DNA from: a virus
Lineage: Duplodnaviria > Caudoviricetes
IMG/VR virus record: IMGVR_UViG_3300033516_000032
Location: 1 to 36,534 of that record
DNA: 36,534 nucleotides
Strand: one strand, 5' to 3'
Below, in pieces: positions 26,746 through 36,534 of the stretch. The translations under genes were made by a program, and so were the position numbers. The notes beneath the pieces were generated by a model. The model had not been told where the DNA came from. It worked only from the letters and a program-made list of their open reading frames with translations, and did no database searches. Every line of letters starts with the position of its first letter. The stretch's first letter is position 1.

Positions 26746-29064
26746 ATGGCTAGATTTATACAAAGAGCTAATGATGTCCAGGTAAATGAGTTTACACAAT
26801 TTGACACAGATGCAATTTCTGAAAATGTTAAATCGTGGCAAAATCGTTACGATATGACTAAAGAGGCAATGGCGAAGCAAAGAGAAGAGTTTGGTAAGAT
26901 AACAGCTTATGATCTAGATGCCAGAAATAACTACATGGCGAATTATCGTCGTGAAGCTGATGAACTAGCTGCCCTACACGGAGGTAACTTAGCTCTTAGT
27001 ACTCCTATGGTTATGGACTTTATAGCTACAAAGGCGGGTGATACTTATCACCAAGTTAACCAACATCACGTAGCCACTATGGATAGATTCTTGGATACCA
27101 AATATGCCCTTGAAGCACAGGGTATTGGTGTATTAGCGTTCCAAAAACCAGGTGATCGAATAAGAGAAACTACAGCTACAGGTGGTACAGCCTACAGAAA
27201 TATAGCAGATATTACTTATCATACCGAAGGTAAGCTGGAGGATAGTCCAATTATGGAATCTATGTTTGATCAAGTGGTTGCCGATGGTTCTGCAGGTTAT
27301 AGTGAGGGTACTATACTAGCAGGAGATGTACCAGTAATGACTAAAACTTCTTGGGAAGGTATTACAGAGCAGAAAATCAGAAACTATCTAGACTCTGCTT
27401 TTGAACGTTATCAAAGTACGAATAACTACAGACAAAGAGTTCTTGAATATACTCACGCAGATTATGGTTATGATGGGAAACAACTTACAAAAGAAGAGGC
27501 AGACGCAGTAATTAAAGAACAGTTGTTATCAGCCGGACTTGAAAGAGTTTACAATAAAACTGATGCTGATAGAACTGTTGTACCACAACCAGCTAATCGT
27601 GCTGGAAATAGTTCTACAGGTGGCCCTGGAGGTGGTAGCATTCTGGATAATATCTTTGGCAGACCTATAACTACAGGAGGAGATGTTGTTAATGTTGGGG
27701 AACAAAACCATCATATGAATGAAGTTTTAACTAACTTAGCAGAAACTTATGATGTAGATGCAGCTAACGTTGGAATAGCTGTACAGCTATTCCAAAGCGG
27801 TGTCCTTGATCTTACGGAAGAAGAAAGAAAAGATCCAGAACTAGCTGCTCTGTATAATACTGCTCTAGCTTTAGGTGCTTTTGTAGAAGTCACAAGAAAA
27901 GCCGGAGAATATCATTTAGAACACGCTCAGGATGAAGGTTACGTTCAGCTCAACACACCAGAGAAAATGGCTAATGTTAAACAACAGATGGAGCAACTTT
28001 TAACTCGAGCTACTACGCAGTATAACGAAGCTGCTGCTGCTGGGAAAATAAAAGACCCTATTTTTAATACTGAACGTACACTCGATTCTGCAGGAAATTT
28101 TATAGATACAGCTGTAGAAATCGCTCGAAGGGCCAATTCTGATGCTAGAGGGGGAAGCCCTTATCTAGCTACCCCGGAAGGAAGACGCCTGCATCAATTA
28201 GCTAACGAAAGTCCAGGAGCCAAAGAAAACCTGCGGCAGTTAGAAGCATTCATAAAAGAAAACAATCCTGACATAACTCCAGGAGAATTAACTCTAAGAT
28301 TATTCCAGGCAGTTATACCACAAACAGCTAATCAAAACGTAGCTAATGCCTACACTCAAGACTGGAACTTGAACCAAGCTCTTGGTGATAACGTAGCAAC
28401 GCTAGGTCGTTTAGCTCCAGCAATATCTCCAAACGGAGTTAAACAAGGAGAGCCTGTAAAACTAGAAAACTCTGTACTAGAATACACACTATTTGATCCA
28501 CAGGCAGGTAGAGCCGGTTTCCGTTATCGTGATAGAACTACAAATAATTACTCGTCTGTAGTTACTGAAAACCCAGATGCTAATGAGATATTTAATTATT
28601 ATACAGGCATTGGTAAGTTCTTTGGTCAAGGATTCACAGACGTTTCTTTAGATCCTATTATCAGTGATCGTGTGATGATTGTTCAAAACAGAGGTGCTAA
28701 TGGTGCACCAGCTACAAATCCAGACGGAAGTCCATCAGTTTCCTATAACAGACAAGTAGCTGTGCCCGTAATTGACGCAGCGGGTAATAGATATGTAGTA
28801 GTTAATAATGTTCCTGCTACAAGAACAGCTGCTGAAATTCAGCGAGATACGAGAGAGATACAGAGAGCCTTCATCAATGATGATGATGAAGCTCTAGCAA
28901 TCTATACAGCAAAAGGTTATCATTTACTAAATCAGGCAGATGTTGCTAAAGAGATGACCGGTGTAGTGAACAACTTAGTAGTAGATCCACAAGGAAGAGC
29001 TACTCGTGGTGTAAGAACAGACTATGGAACAAATGTAGATGAACGTTCTGGTGCCCACTACTAA
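26746..29064 (+). CDS. putative ejected cargo protein
   Basis: 772 aa between cargo 1 and the giant ORF; N-terminal MARF...Q.RYD pattern; no catalytic motif recognised. Confidence 0.6.
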   Translation: MARFIQRANDVQVNEFTQFDTDAISENVKSWQNRYDMTKEAMAKQREEFGKITAYDLDARNNYMANYRREADELAALHGGNLALSTPMVMDFIATKAGDTYHQVNQHHVATMDRFLDTKYALEAQGIGVLAFQKPGDRIRETTATGGTAYRNIADITYHTEGKLEDSPIMESMFDQVVADGSAGYSEGTILAGDVPVMTKTSWEGITEQKIRNYLDSAFERYQSTNNYRQRVLEYTHADYGYDGKQLTKEEADAVIKEQLLSAGLERVYNKTDADRTVVPQPANRAGNSSTGGPGGGSILDNIFGRPITTGGDVVNVGEQNHHMNEVLTNLAETYDVDAANVGIAVQLFQSGVLDLTEEERKDPELAALYNTALALGAFVEVTRKAGEYHLEHAQDEGYVQLNTPEKMANVKQQMEQLLTRATTQYNEAAAAGKIKDPIFNTERTLDSAGNFIDTAVEIARRANSDARGGSPYLATPEGRRLHQLANESPGAKENLRQLEAFIKENNPDITPGELTLRLFQAVIPQTANQNVANAYTQDWNLNQALGDNVATLGRLAPAISPNGVKQGEPVKLENSVLEYTLFDPQAGRAGFRYRDRTTNNYSSVVTENPDANEIFNYYTGIGKFFGQGFTDVSLDPIISDRVMIVQNRGANGAPATNPDGSPSVSYNRQVAVPVIDAAGNRYVVVNNVPATRTAAEIQRDTREIQRAFINDDDEALAIYTAKGYHLLNQADVAKEMTGVVNNLVVDPQGRATRGVRTDYGTNVDERSGAHY

Positions 29065-29111
29065 TAACCAATAATTAAAATTATTTTTTTTTAACCTTTA
29101 TACCTAGTCCT

Positions 29112-32100
29112 ATGGATTTATCTAAACTGAGAGCCGTACCTACCTATGAAGCCTTCACTATGGGTGACTATATGAGAGCTCAACAAGAAGACCAAGCACT
29201 AAACTCAATGCTATACGCTTCCAAGTTTGGTTCAATGCACCAATACTATGAGGCTAATGGTGGCTATGATGCAGCTGTTGATGATGACATTACAAGTGCC
29301 TCTACCATACAGAATGGTGGACAAGCGATGGAGGATGCACGCGCAGCTAATATGAGCTTCTTTACCAAGGCTGGTAGGGGTCTTACGCGTTTTGCTGGAC
29401 AAACACTTGTACACACAGCAGGTGGAATTGCTGGTACACTTTGGGGACTAGGTACTCTCTTTACAGAAAAGGGAAGACAACAAGGTTTCTCTAGCCTTTG
29501 GAATAACGACTTAACTAAGGCCGCAGATAAAGCTCTTGATTATGTAAATGAAAACAATAAGTTTTATTACTCTAAGGAGGAAAAGGATGCCGGTATTCTT
29601 TCCACGATGTTTAATTCTAAGTTTCTTTTCGATACTATTGGTGGAGCGGCTTCTTTCGTAGCAGCGGCTCTTTTGACAGAGATGATTACTTTTGGTGCAG
29701 GTACAGCAGCTATAGCTACAGCAGCTCCTAAAGTTGCTAGAATGCTAAAGATTGGCCAGCTTATGGACGAGACAGCCGACACTATTAGTGCTACAGCAAG
29801 AGCTGCCACCGGTGTAGCTAGATCTAAAAAAGCTTATGATGCTTCCAGAATTATTCGTCAAGTAGGAACAGGCTCTATGTATGAGGGTGGTGTTGAGGCA
29901 AGGGGTTATCTAAAGGAGTTTGAGCAGCAGTTTATTCAACAATATATGGCTCAAAACGAAGGTAGAAGACCTACGGAACATCAAGTCAATGCTGCGAAAG
30001 CTGAGCAAATGGGTGTAGCGAATAGCGTATTTCTTTTAAATACAGCTATGACTTCTGTAGCTAATGCTAAGGCAATGGCAAATATCTTTGGTCCTGGGGT
30101 TAAGAAAATGGGAGAAGAGGCAACTAATCTAAAAAGAACTATAACCAAAAACGGGTTGACTGAATACAAAGCTGCTTATGATGCAAAGGGCAAAATGCGC
30201 CAAGCATTAGAGAAAACCTGGGCATTCTCAAGCGCTCCCTTAATAGAAGGTGGACAAGAATTAGCACAATCTGTAGTTGCTAATACAGCCCTAGCTTACT
30301 CTACAGCTCAGTACTCAGATGACTACAGGGATCGTACCGGAGGTCTTGCAATGAATCTAAAAGATGCCTTAGGAGAATTAGGTTCTAAGGAAGCTTTGAT
30401 GGAAGGTATTGTGGGTGGTATCCTAGGCTCTGTACCCAAAGGAGTATTTCAATCTATTAAGGGTAAAGGACGTACTCAAATTGAGGAGGGTGGAGCTGTA
30501 GATAAAACCAAAAGACTCACGGATTATCCATTGGCTAATCTAAGGGATAAAAACGAAGAGATTGAAAGATCTAGAAAACTAGCAACTTCTCTAAACACAT
30601 TGACTGCTCAAAAGCTTCTAGAGAATAAAATGACTACAGAAGAACTCTTTGAGCATATTCCTATGACTATGAATGCAGCTACAAACGCTGCAAGACAAAC
30701 AGAGGCCTCACAAAGAATGGATGCTGCCCTTGATAAAGGAGATCTACACGAAGCAAAGAATGCGGAGGATGATATGATGCACTCTTTTATTCAAACGCGT
30801 TTAGATGCTGGGTTTGATCCTACAGAAGAAATGGATGCTTTCTTGGATAATAAAAAACCAGAGGAACTAGCTAGTTTCCTAGGCTACGTTAATAACACGA
30901 TGACTGAGGAGGAAAAGAAAAAAGCTGTAGCTGAGTTACCTGGCAGAGTACAGAAAGCAAAAGAGAAGTTTAAAAATAGAGTAGCTGCCGTTAAGAAACA
31001 CACTAAGGTAATGGATCAAGTTTTTAGTAATGTGGATGACTCTGAGAAGTCTAAAGAGTTGCGTGACTTCATGATTTATACAGCTTCTATGGGTCATAGC
31101 TTGGATACTCGCGGGCAAGAACTAATGGACAAGGGCAACGAACTTCTAGGTGGAATTGCTATAACAGAAGTACAGAGTAAATCTCTACACGATCTCTTTG
31201 ATGAGTTTCACAAGGATGGTGGCGTATTCGCCAAACAGGAAGAGCTAAATAAGTTTATAGACGAACTCCTGGATGACTCTAAAAAGAAAGAACCTAGCGA
31301 TCATAAAGGTAAGGATACATCTGCTGTAGATCAAATATTCAATCCTGTAGAAGAACGTATTGCTATCAAAAAAGATATTTACGCCAAAGCAATAGCACAT
31401 CGTAGAGCTAAGACAGCTAAAGAACTACAGGAGAAAGTTAAACTTCTACAGGAGAAGAGCAATAATCCTATGCTAGAAGAGGCAACTAAAAAGATTGCTT
31501 CTCATGTAGAAAGCGCTGAAGGTTTCTTAAAAGAACTAGACCTTTTAGAAAAAGAACTAGCAACTCTTGAGATAGATGATGCTAATCTAAAACAATCAGT
31601 CGTTGATAAATTTCTAGAAGATACTAAAGTAAAAGAAAAGCTAGCGGATCTGTCCCTACAGTATAGTAAAGAAACCTTAGCTGATGTACTGGCTGATCCA
31701 GAAACTAAAGCTGTCTTTGAAAAAGAGTTAAGGGAAGCTGCTCTAAATAAAGCAACTCAAACACTAGCGTCTTACGATTTAGATACTACAAACGAAGATG
31801 TAGCTTTACTACACGAGCTTCTGAGTAAACGTGAAAAGGATCCTAAGGAACTAAGTGATGCTCTTATTAAACAAACAGACGACTACAACAGACGTGTAGC
31901 TGAACTAAAGGCTGAGTTAGCAACTGCTTCTCAAAAAGAAAAATTCATCACGCTTGACCTGGAAAAAAGTACAGAACGTCTTAATAAAATATTTGAGGAC
32001 TTGACAAAAGCAGAAATGCTTCTTGGTGAGATGAAGCATCGTGATCCTTCTGTATTCTTTGAGGCCAAACAAATCTTTACAGACTACTACAAGATTGCTG

Positions 32101-35100
32101 CAAGAAGACAACAATTTATTGACATCTATAATAAAGCAATTTCTGCTAATCGACATGACTATCTGAAGAGCATCAAGAGCAAGCTAGACGCTCAGAAGAG
32201 AACTCTGCTAGAAGATACGGAAAAAGAAATAAAAGAGATAGAGAAAAAAGGAGAAGCTAAAACTTACTTTACAGCAGCTTCTCTAGAAAAATTCGGGCAA
32301 GAAAATCAAGGTAAGAAGTTTGGGTTTACTACAGAGGCAGGAGACGAAGCGGCTATTATAGAACAAACCGGAGCAGGTTATGTTATTAGAACAAATAACA
32401 AGACCTATGCCCTAGATTCTAAAAACATTACTAAACTGTTTTCCTTTACTAAACAGTCAGTACTTATTGAGTTCCAAAAACAACTCGAGAGAAACCACGC
32501 AATAAACCAAAGATTTAATGAGGTTTACACTAATAATAGTGTTCATTCTATTACATCCTATCTTGTAGAACTTTTAAATAGCAACAGTATTCCTCCCCAT
32601 GCAGCAGCTGTAGCTATCAAGAAACTAAAAGAAGCTGGTTTAATAGAAGACTCTACTAAGAAAAATCCTGATGAACTTATTGGTGGAGAGACTATAGATG
32701 CTAAACCAAAAAACATTTATGACTATTTTATTGTTTTAAAAGATGTAGCAGATTACTTAGACTTTGCTTTATTTAAAGGCAGCAATGATACACACAGGCT
32801 TAAAGTAATGTTATCAGAGGCTGTAGGAGAGATAGATCCCTCTAAGATTACTTTAGTTTTAGTCAATGCAGAAACTGCAATGGAAGACGCTATGTCTAGG
32901 TTTCAAAACCCAGGTGTAGTCTTACCTAACTACAGGGACTTTGAAACTGTTCTACAGGCATTGAAAAATGAAGAGATCATAATCGAAAACCTACACGAAG
33001 CAGACGATCATTATGTCTTTGAAACAAGAGGTAAATTCTCAGCTAGATATAAAGTACCCAAGAACAATGTAAACAGAAGTGTTCTTGCGGACTTTATGAA
33101 AACAGAGTACACACTACAAGAACGCAGGTATAAAGAAGTTAGACATCTAAAAGAAGCTAAGTTCGGAGAAATCTTAACTCCTAAAGACTTTAATACGAAG
33201 AGCAAATTCGATGAGCTTAACAAATCAGCTAAGTATGCTCTACAATTTATACTAGAGGCTGTAAAGGATCAAGTTGCTTTTCATTTATCACCCGCACAGC
33301 AGACTAAAGCTAAAGTAGAAAAATTAACAACTTCCGACATCAAGAAGATGGAAATTGTTGGTAATGGTCCCGGCTATGTAAGTTTAAAAGTCGAAGTTGG
33401 TATAGGAAGTTATTCAGAAACTAAAAATGGTCGTGTAGTTCATGGACCACCACAAGTAATCGAAGTATTTATAGATATTCCCTCATTGCTATTAAGCAAA
33501 AGAGATTATGTTAAAGATCGCTTTAGAGTTTTTGAAAGTGTACCTGGTAATGCCTTCAATCCTAGAACTGTTCTTGTAGGAGAATATGGATTAGTCATTC
33601 AAAAGATGATGAAGGACTTTGTTCTAGCTTTCCCAACTAATCAACCTTCAAATATTGTAGAACTCTACATAGCTGAGTTTAATAAAAAAGTAATTGATTT
33701 TCTTACTGAAAAAGGACTAGACACAGAGGCAGAAATCTTTGATAATTTCTTTACAGAAATAATTGAGCCTGCTTCTATAATCTTTAACCCTAGATTGTTA
33801 ATTTTCCAGGCTTCTGAAATTTTACACTCTTTCCTTGAGGAGGTTAATAAACCTGTTGTTGCCCAAAGAAAAAAAGAAGAAGAGGAAGCCGAGGCAGCAA
33901 GAAAACTTGCTGAGGAAGAAGCTGCTAAGAAAAAAGCTGCTCAGGATGAACTTGATAGATTGACAAAACTACAAAAAGAGCAGGAAGAAAAAATAAGAAA
34001 AGCCCGAGAAAAAGCAGACCAAGATATAAAAGACGCAGCTGAAGCAGAAAGAGCAAGGGCAGAGGCAGCGAAGAAAGCGCAGGAAAAACCTGCGGAGAAC
34101 CCTACAGAAAAACCTGCAGAGGAAACTACAGAAGAGGATGCAGATGAGTTTACTGCAGAGGATGAAGAATCTGAGGATGAAGGATTTGAGGATGAAGAAT
34201 CTGATGAAGATGCTGCATTAAATGCAGCTGCAATGGAGGATCCCGACGATCTTAGCATCTTCTTTGAGGATAAATCAAAGGATGCCACTGCATACAAGCA
34301 CAATTCAGGGAAACAAGAGAAAAGACAATGGACGGAGGGCACCGTTAGAAAATGGAATACAAGAGTACTTCAAATTCCAGGCGAGCACGTGAATGCAACT
34401 ATAACCGAAGTTGAGCAGTTAGCACTAAGTAACTACTACGGCGGAGATGACTTTACAAAAGAAAATAAGACTCTCCGTGTAGTTCCTACAAAGGTTACCG
34501 TAGCTGGTATTCATATGCTGTTAGACCCATCTGTAGATGCTTTCACTAAGATGCAGTATCTCGATGATATGGCTTTTAGTTTTATTGGAGATAGCAACGG
34601 AGTAGATATACTCTTTAAAATGGCTAACTTTGACTATGCAGGTTTTACTACTAGTATTCCAGTTCCACCTAATAAAACAGCAGAGGAGCACCAAGCTTAT
34701 CTAAGAGATACCTTCTTAAATCAGCAAGCACAAATGTTTGCCTTTAAGATGAGCATTATACAAGAGATTGCAAAACATCTACCAACAGACAAGGCTACAG
34801 GATTGATCCAGGGCGATAGTGCTTTAGTGGAAGAAATCATTAAAAAACTAGAACTAACGACTTCTTTAGATTCTGTTATCCTAGGCTACTTTGAAAAGAC
34901 AGCTAAGTACAATGCACTCGCTGATATTGTAAGAGAAGATACTGCCATTGAAGAAGACTTCCAATTGGTAGTTGAAACCGAAAACAAAGCTGGTAAGTTT
35001 CAAACTGCGGGTAAAGTAAGACTACGGGTCAAAGTGCCTATAGCTGGTGCTGTAAAAGAAACTGCTGAGATCTCCTTTGATCCAATCTTTAATATTGCTA

Positions 35101-36534
35101 AGTCGGATGATCTAAATATGATAGATCAAATGTTTACGCAGGATGGATTACCTCTAGCTATAGCTCGTATGGATGCAGACCCTGCTTATGCAGAAAAAGT
35201 AGCTTTAGCCGCATCTATTATGCTTCTTACAGGATCTCCAGGTAATCCTAAAGGTAATGATCTTGATGGCCTCTTTTATGCTAACTATAAGAATAACTTC
35301 TTGAGAGTGCGTAATGACGCAAAAACAATGGCTAGAATCAGAAGAGATCTAGCTAATGCAGATCCTTCTTTGTTTAACTATGGAGTTCTTAAAGCTGGGG
35401 ATAAGTCACCGTTACTTGAGTTGTTTGCCTATGCCTTGAATAAAGCGGGCTTTACACCATCTATGTTTAATACTATAAACAAAACTACAAAGCAACCTAC
35501 AGATTTTAAAGATGATTCTTGGGAGAATGTAAAAATAGAAGATGTAGTAGGCGCACTGTTTAACTTTGGGCATGGAGAAGACATGGGTCTTTTAAACGTT
35601 GCAAGAACAAATGGTGAAGTAAATACCTTTAGTTTTAGAATACTAAGAACTCCTGATGATACTACTCCGAGATATACACCACGCTTAGGTGTAAATGCGA
35701 GTGCTAGACATCGTTTGGATTTACTATTCTCTCTAAGTGATAGCGTTATAGCTACACATCCATTGTTTAAAAAGTTCCTTGGAGATTCACTAACTGAACT
35801 TCGTGCTAAAGTACATGAGATGGGTGAGCTCATAGATCAGTACAACGCAAACCCAGATAATCTTGAACTACTTGGTAGAGTACGAGAACTACAAGCAGAG
35901 CTAGTAAGTAAAACTTCAGCTGCTATGGTTAAGGCTATTATCTTTAACAATAGCAAATCTTTCCAGGTAAGCTCTAAGTTGCTAAAGAATAAAAACTACC
36001 ATGATAGACTTCTAAAGAAAGTTAAGGCCAGAATTAAACCCAGAAAAGAAAGAAGATTTCCAGAGTCCTATACGGTCTATAATGCTCCAAAAATTAAAGG
36101 AGATCTAAACAGCAATGGACGGCAAGTACTCTCTGGACAAGAGGAAATTACTTACGAGGACATCACTAGATTAGCTGGGCCTGTAGCCGAAGGCGTTAGT
36201 ACTCAGCAACCTCCTGCTACAGTTCTTGAGACAGCCCCCAAATCTGAAAAAGAAAAAACTGAAGCTACTTCTACTAAACCACCCACTGAACAACAAACCT
36301 CTCTTGTAAATAGAATTGCGAACAAAAAGGATAGTAATAGAAGTAAAGTATCTGCTCCCGAAGCAGATAGTAAGAAAAACGTAATACCTAAGGCTGATCC
36401 AGAGGATAGTTCAAACTTTGGTGATGGTTTACCAACCAAGCCTGCCTCGAAAACCGATCAAAAACAATCAGAAACGCCAACGACACGTGTAGGTCTTGAC
36501 GACATAGATCCAAATGCGGAGCTCTTCTTTACGC
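29112..36534 (+). CDS. giant virion-ejected protein (partial, at least 2474 aa), crAss-like vRNAP-neighbourhood type
   Basis: ATG 29112 (MDLSKLRAVPTYEAF...). The frame is still open at the window end (...GLDDIDPNAELFFT); an internal stop would have put it in the ORF track. Has hydrophobic Gly/Ala segments, YEGGVEAR and EGGQELAQ motifs, and long coiled coils. Confidence 0.88.
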   Translation, partial: MDLSKLRAVPTYEAFTMGDYMRAQQEDQALNSMLYASKFGSMHQYYEANGGYDAAVDDDITSASTIQNGGQAMEDARAANMSFFTKAGRGLTRFAGQTLVHTAGGIAGTLWGLGTLFTEKGRQQGFSSLWNNDLTKAADKALDYVNENNKFYYSKEEKDAGILSTMFNSKFLFDTIGGAASFVAAALLTEMITFGAGTAAIATAAPKVARMLKIGQLMDETADTISATARAATGVARSKKAYDASRIIRQVGTGSMYEGGVEARGYLKEFEQQFIQQYMAQNEGRRPTEHQVNAAKAEQMGVANSVFLLNTAMTSVANAKAMANIFGPGVKKMGEEATNLKRTITKNGLTEYKAAYDAKGKMRQALEKTWAFSSAPLIEGGQELAQSVVANTALAYSTAQYSDDYRDRTGGLAMNLKDALGELGSKEALMEGIVGGILGSVPKGVFQSIKGKGRTQIEEGGAVDKTKRLTDYPLANLRDKNEEIERSRKLATSLNTLTAQKLLENKMTTEELFEHIPMTMNAATNAARQTEASQRMDAALDKGDLHEAKNAEDDMMHSFIQTRLDAGFDPTEEMDAFLDNKKPEELASFLGYVNNTMTEEEKKKAVAELPGRVQKAKEKFKNRVAAVKKHTKVMDQVFSNVDDSEKSKELRDFMIYTASMGHSLDTRGQELMDKGNELLGGIAITEVQSKSLHDLFDEFHKDGGVFAKQEELNKFIDELLDDSKKKEPSDHKGKDTSAVDQIFNPVEERIAIKKDIYAKAIAHRRAKTAKELQEKVKLLQEKSNNPMLEEATKKIASHVESAEGFLKELDLLEKELATLEIDDANLKQSVVDKFLEDTKVKEKLADLSLQYSKETLADVLADPETKAVFEKELREAALNKATQTLASYDLDTTNEDVALLHELLSKREKDPKELSDALIKQTDDYNRRVAELKAELATASQKEKFITLDLEKSTERLNKIFEDLTKAEMLLGEMKHRDPSVFFEAKQIFTDYYKIAARRQQFIDIYNKAISANRHDYLKSIKSKLDAQKRTLLEDTEKEIKEIEKKGEAKTYFTAASLEKFGQENQGKKFGFTTEAGDEAAIIEQTGAGYVIRTNNKTYALDSKNITKLFSFTKQSVLIEFQKQLERNHAINQRFNEVYTNNSVHSITSYLVELLNSNSIPPHAAAVAIKKLKEAGLIEDSTKKNPDELIGGETIDAKPKNIYDYFIVLKDVADYLDFALFKGSNDTHRLKVMLSEAVGEIDPSKITLVLVNAETAMEDAMSRFQNPGVVLPNYRDFETVLQALKNEEIIIENLHEADDHYVFETRGKFSARYKVPKNNVNRSVLADFMKTEYTLQERRYKEVRHLKEAKFGEILTPKDFNTKSKFDELNKSAKYALQFILEAVKDQVAFHLSPAQQTKAKVEKLTTSDIKKMEIVGNGPGYVSLKVEVGIGSYSETKNGRVVHGPPQVIEVFIDIPSLLLSKRDYVKDRFRVFESVPGNAFNPRTVLVGEYGLVIQKMMKDFVLAFPTNQPSNIVELYIAEFNKKVIDFLTEKGLDTEAEIFDNFFTEIIEPASIIFNPRLLIFQASEILHSFLEEVNKPVVAQRKKEEEEAEAARKLAEEEAAKKKAAQDELDRLTKLQKEQEEKIRKAREKADQDIKDAAEAERARAEAAKKAQEKPAENPTEKPAEETTEEDADEFTAEDEESEDEGFEDEESDEDAALNAAAMEDPDDLSIFFEDKSKDATAYKHNSGKQEKRQWTEGTVRKWNTRVLQIPGEHVNATITEVEQLALSNYYGGDDFTKENKTLRVVPTKVTVAGIHMLLDPSVDAFTKMQYLDDMAFSFIGDSNGVDILFKMANFDYAGFTTSIPVPPNKTAEEHQAYLRDTFLNQQAQMFAFKMSIIQEIAKHLPTDKATGLIQGDSALVEEIIKKLELTTSLDSVILGYFEKTAKYNALADIVREDTAIEEDFQLVVETENKAGKFQTAGKVRLRVKVPIAGAVKETAEISFDPIFNIAKSDDLNMIDQMFTQDGLPLAIARMDADPAYAEKVALAASIMLLTGSPGNPKGNDLDGLFYANYKNNFLRVRNDAKTMARIRRDLANADPSLFNYGVLKAGDKSPLLELFAYALNKAGFTPSMFNTINKTTKQPTDFKDDSWENVKIEDVVGALFNFGHGEDMGLLNVARTNGEVNTFSFRILRTPDDTTPRYTPRLGVNASARHRLDLLFSLSDSVIATHPLFKKFLGDSLTELRAKVHEMGELIDQYNANPDNLELLGRVRELQAELVSKTSAAMVKAIIFNNSKSFQVSSKLLKNKNYHDRLLKKVKARIKPRKERRFPESYTVYNAPKIKGDLNSNGRQVLSGQEEITYEDITRLAGPVAEGVSTQQPPATVLETAPKSEKEKTEATSTKPPTEQQTSLVNRIANKKDSNRSKVSAPEADSKKNVIPKADPEDSSNFGDGLPTKPASKTDQKQSETPTTRVGLDDIDPNAELFFT
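34083..34130 (+). repeat. degenerate 12-bp coding tandem repeat (EKPA ENPT EKPA EETT)
   Basis: GAAAAACCTGCG GAGAACCCTACA GAAAAACCTGCA GAGGAAACTACA. Confidence 0.7.
34158..34202 (+). repeat. 15-bp coding tandem repeat x3 (EDEES EDEGF EDEES)
   Basis: GAGGATGAAGAATCT GAGGATGAAGGATTT GAGGATGAAGAATCT. Confidence 0.85.

Noticed and set aside
118-29064. Stop-codon reassignment (TAG or TGA recoding as in some Crassvirales)
   Set aside because: All expected genes are full length under the standard code and tile the window; TGA and TAA clearly act as stops.
35253-35273. GNDLDGL as an RNA polymerase catalytic motif
   Set aside because: It lacks the third Asp of DxDxD/DxDGD, and no supporting double-psi beta-barrel motifs were recognised.
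2860-36439. Short minus-strand ORFs in the track (e.g. 6139-6411, 33941-34342, 35429-35833)
   Set aside because: All lie antisense to long + strand genes and read as low-complexity shadows of coiled-coil or acidic sequence.
1-36534. CRISPR array, rRNA, transposase or integrase
   Set aside because: Intergenic gaps are all under about 120 nt, and no repeat-spacer periodicity or relevant protein motifs were seen.

Overview
The window is a single-strand (+) virion morphogenesis module of a divergent crAss-like phage (Crassvirales-type podovirus, host most likely a Bacteroidota). In order: small DNA-binding/packaging genes, terminase large subunit, portal, acidic scaffold, major capsid protein, ring, auxiliary capsid and tail hub proteins, a fibre/adhesin cluster, two more ring proteins flanking an IHF-like gene, the muzzle (tail stabilisation) protein, and three ejected cargo genes. 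The last cargo gene is a giant ORF of at least 2474 codons (29112 to the window end) that the ORF track missed. The genetic code appears standard: 23 complete genes end in TGA (12), TAA (10) or TAG (1). The most notable candidates are a membrane protein whose C-terminus resembles the EAD11 effector-associated domain of bacterial conflict systems, a virion protein with SprB-like repeats, a 7-Cys cluster in a fibre, a truncated tRNA-like element with a CUA loop triplet, and an apparent excess of CTA/TAG/CTAG words. All family assignments come from motif recognition by eye and synteny, not from database searches.
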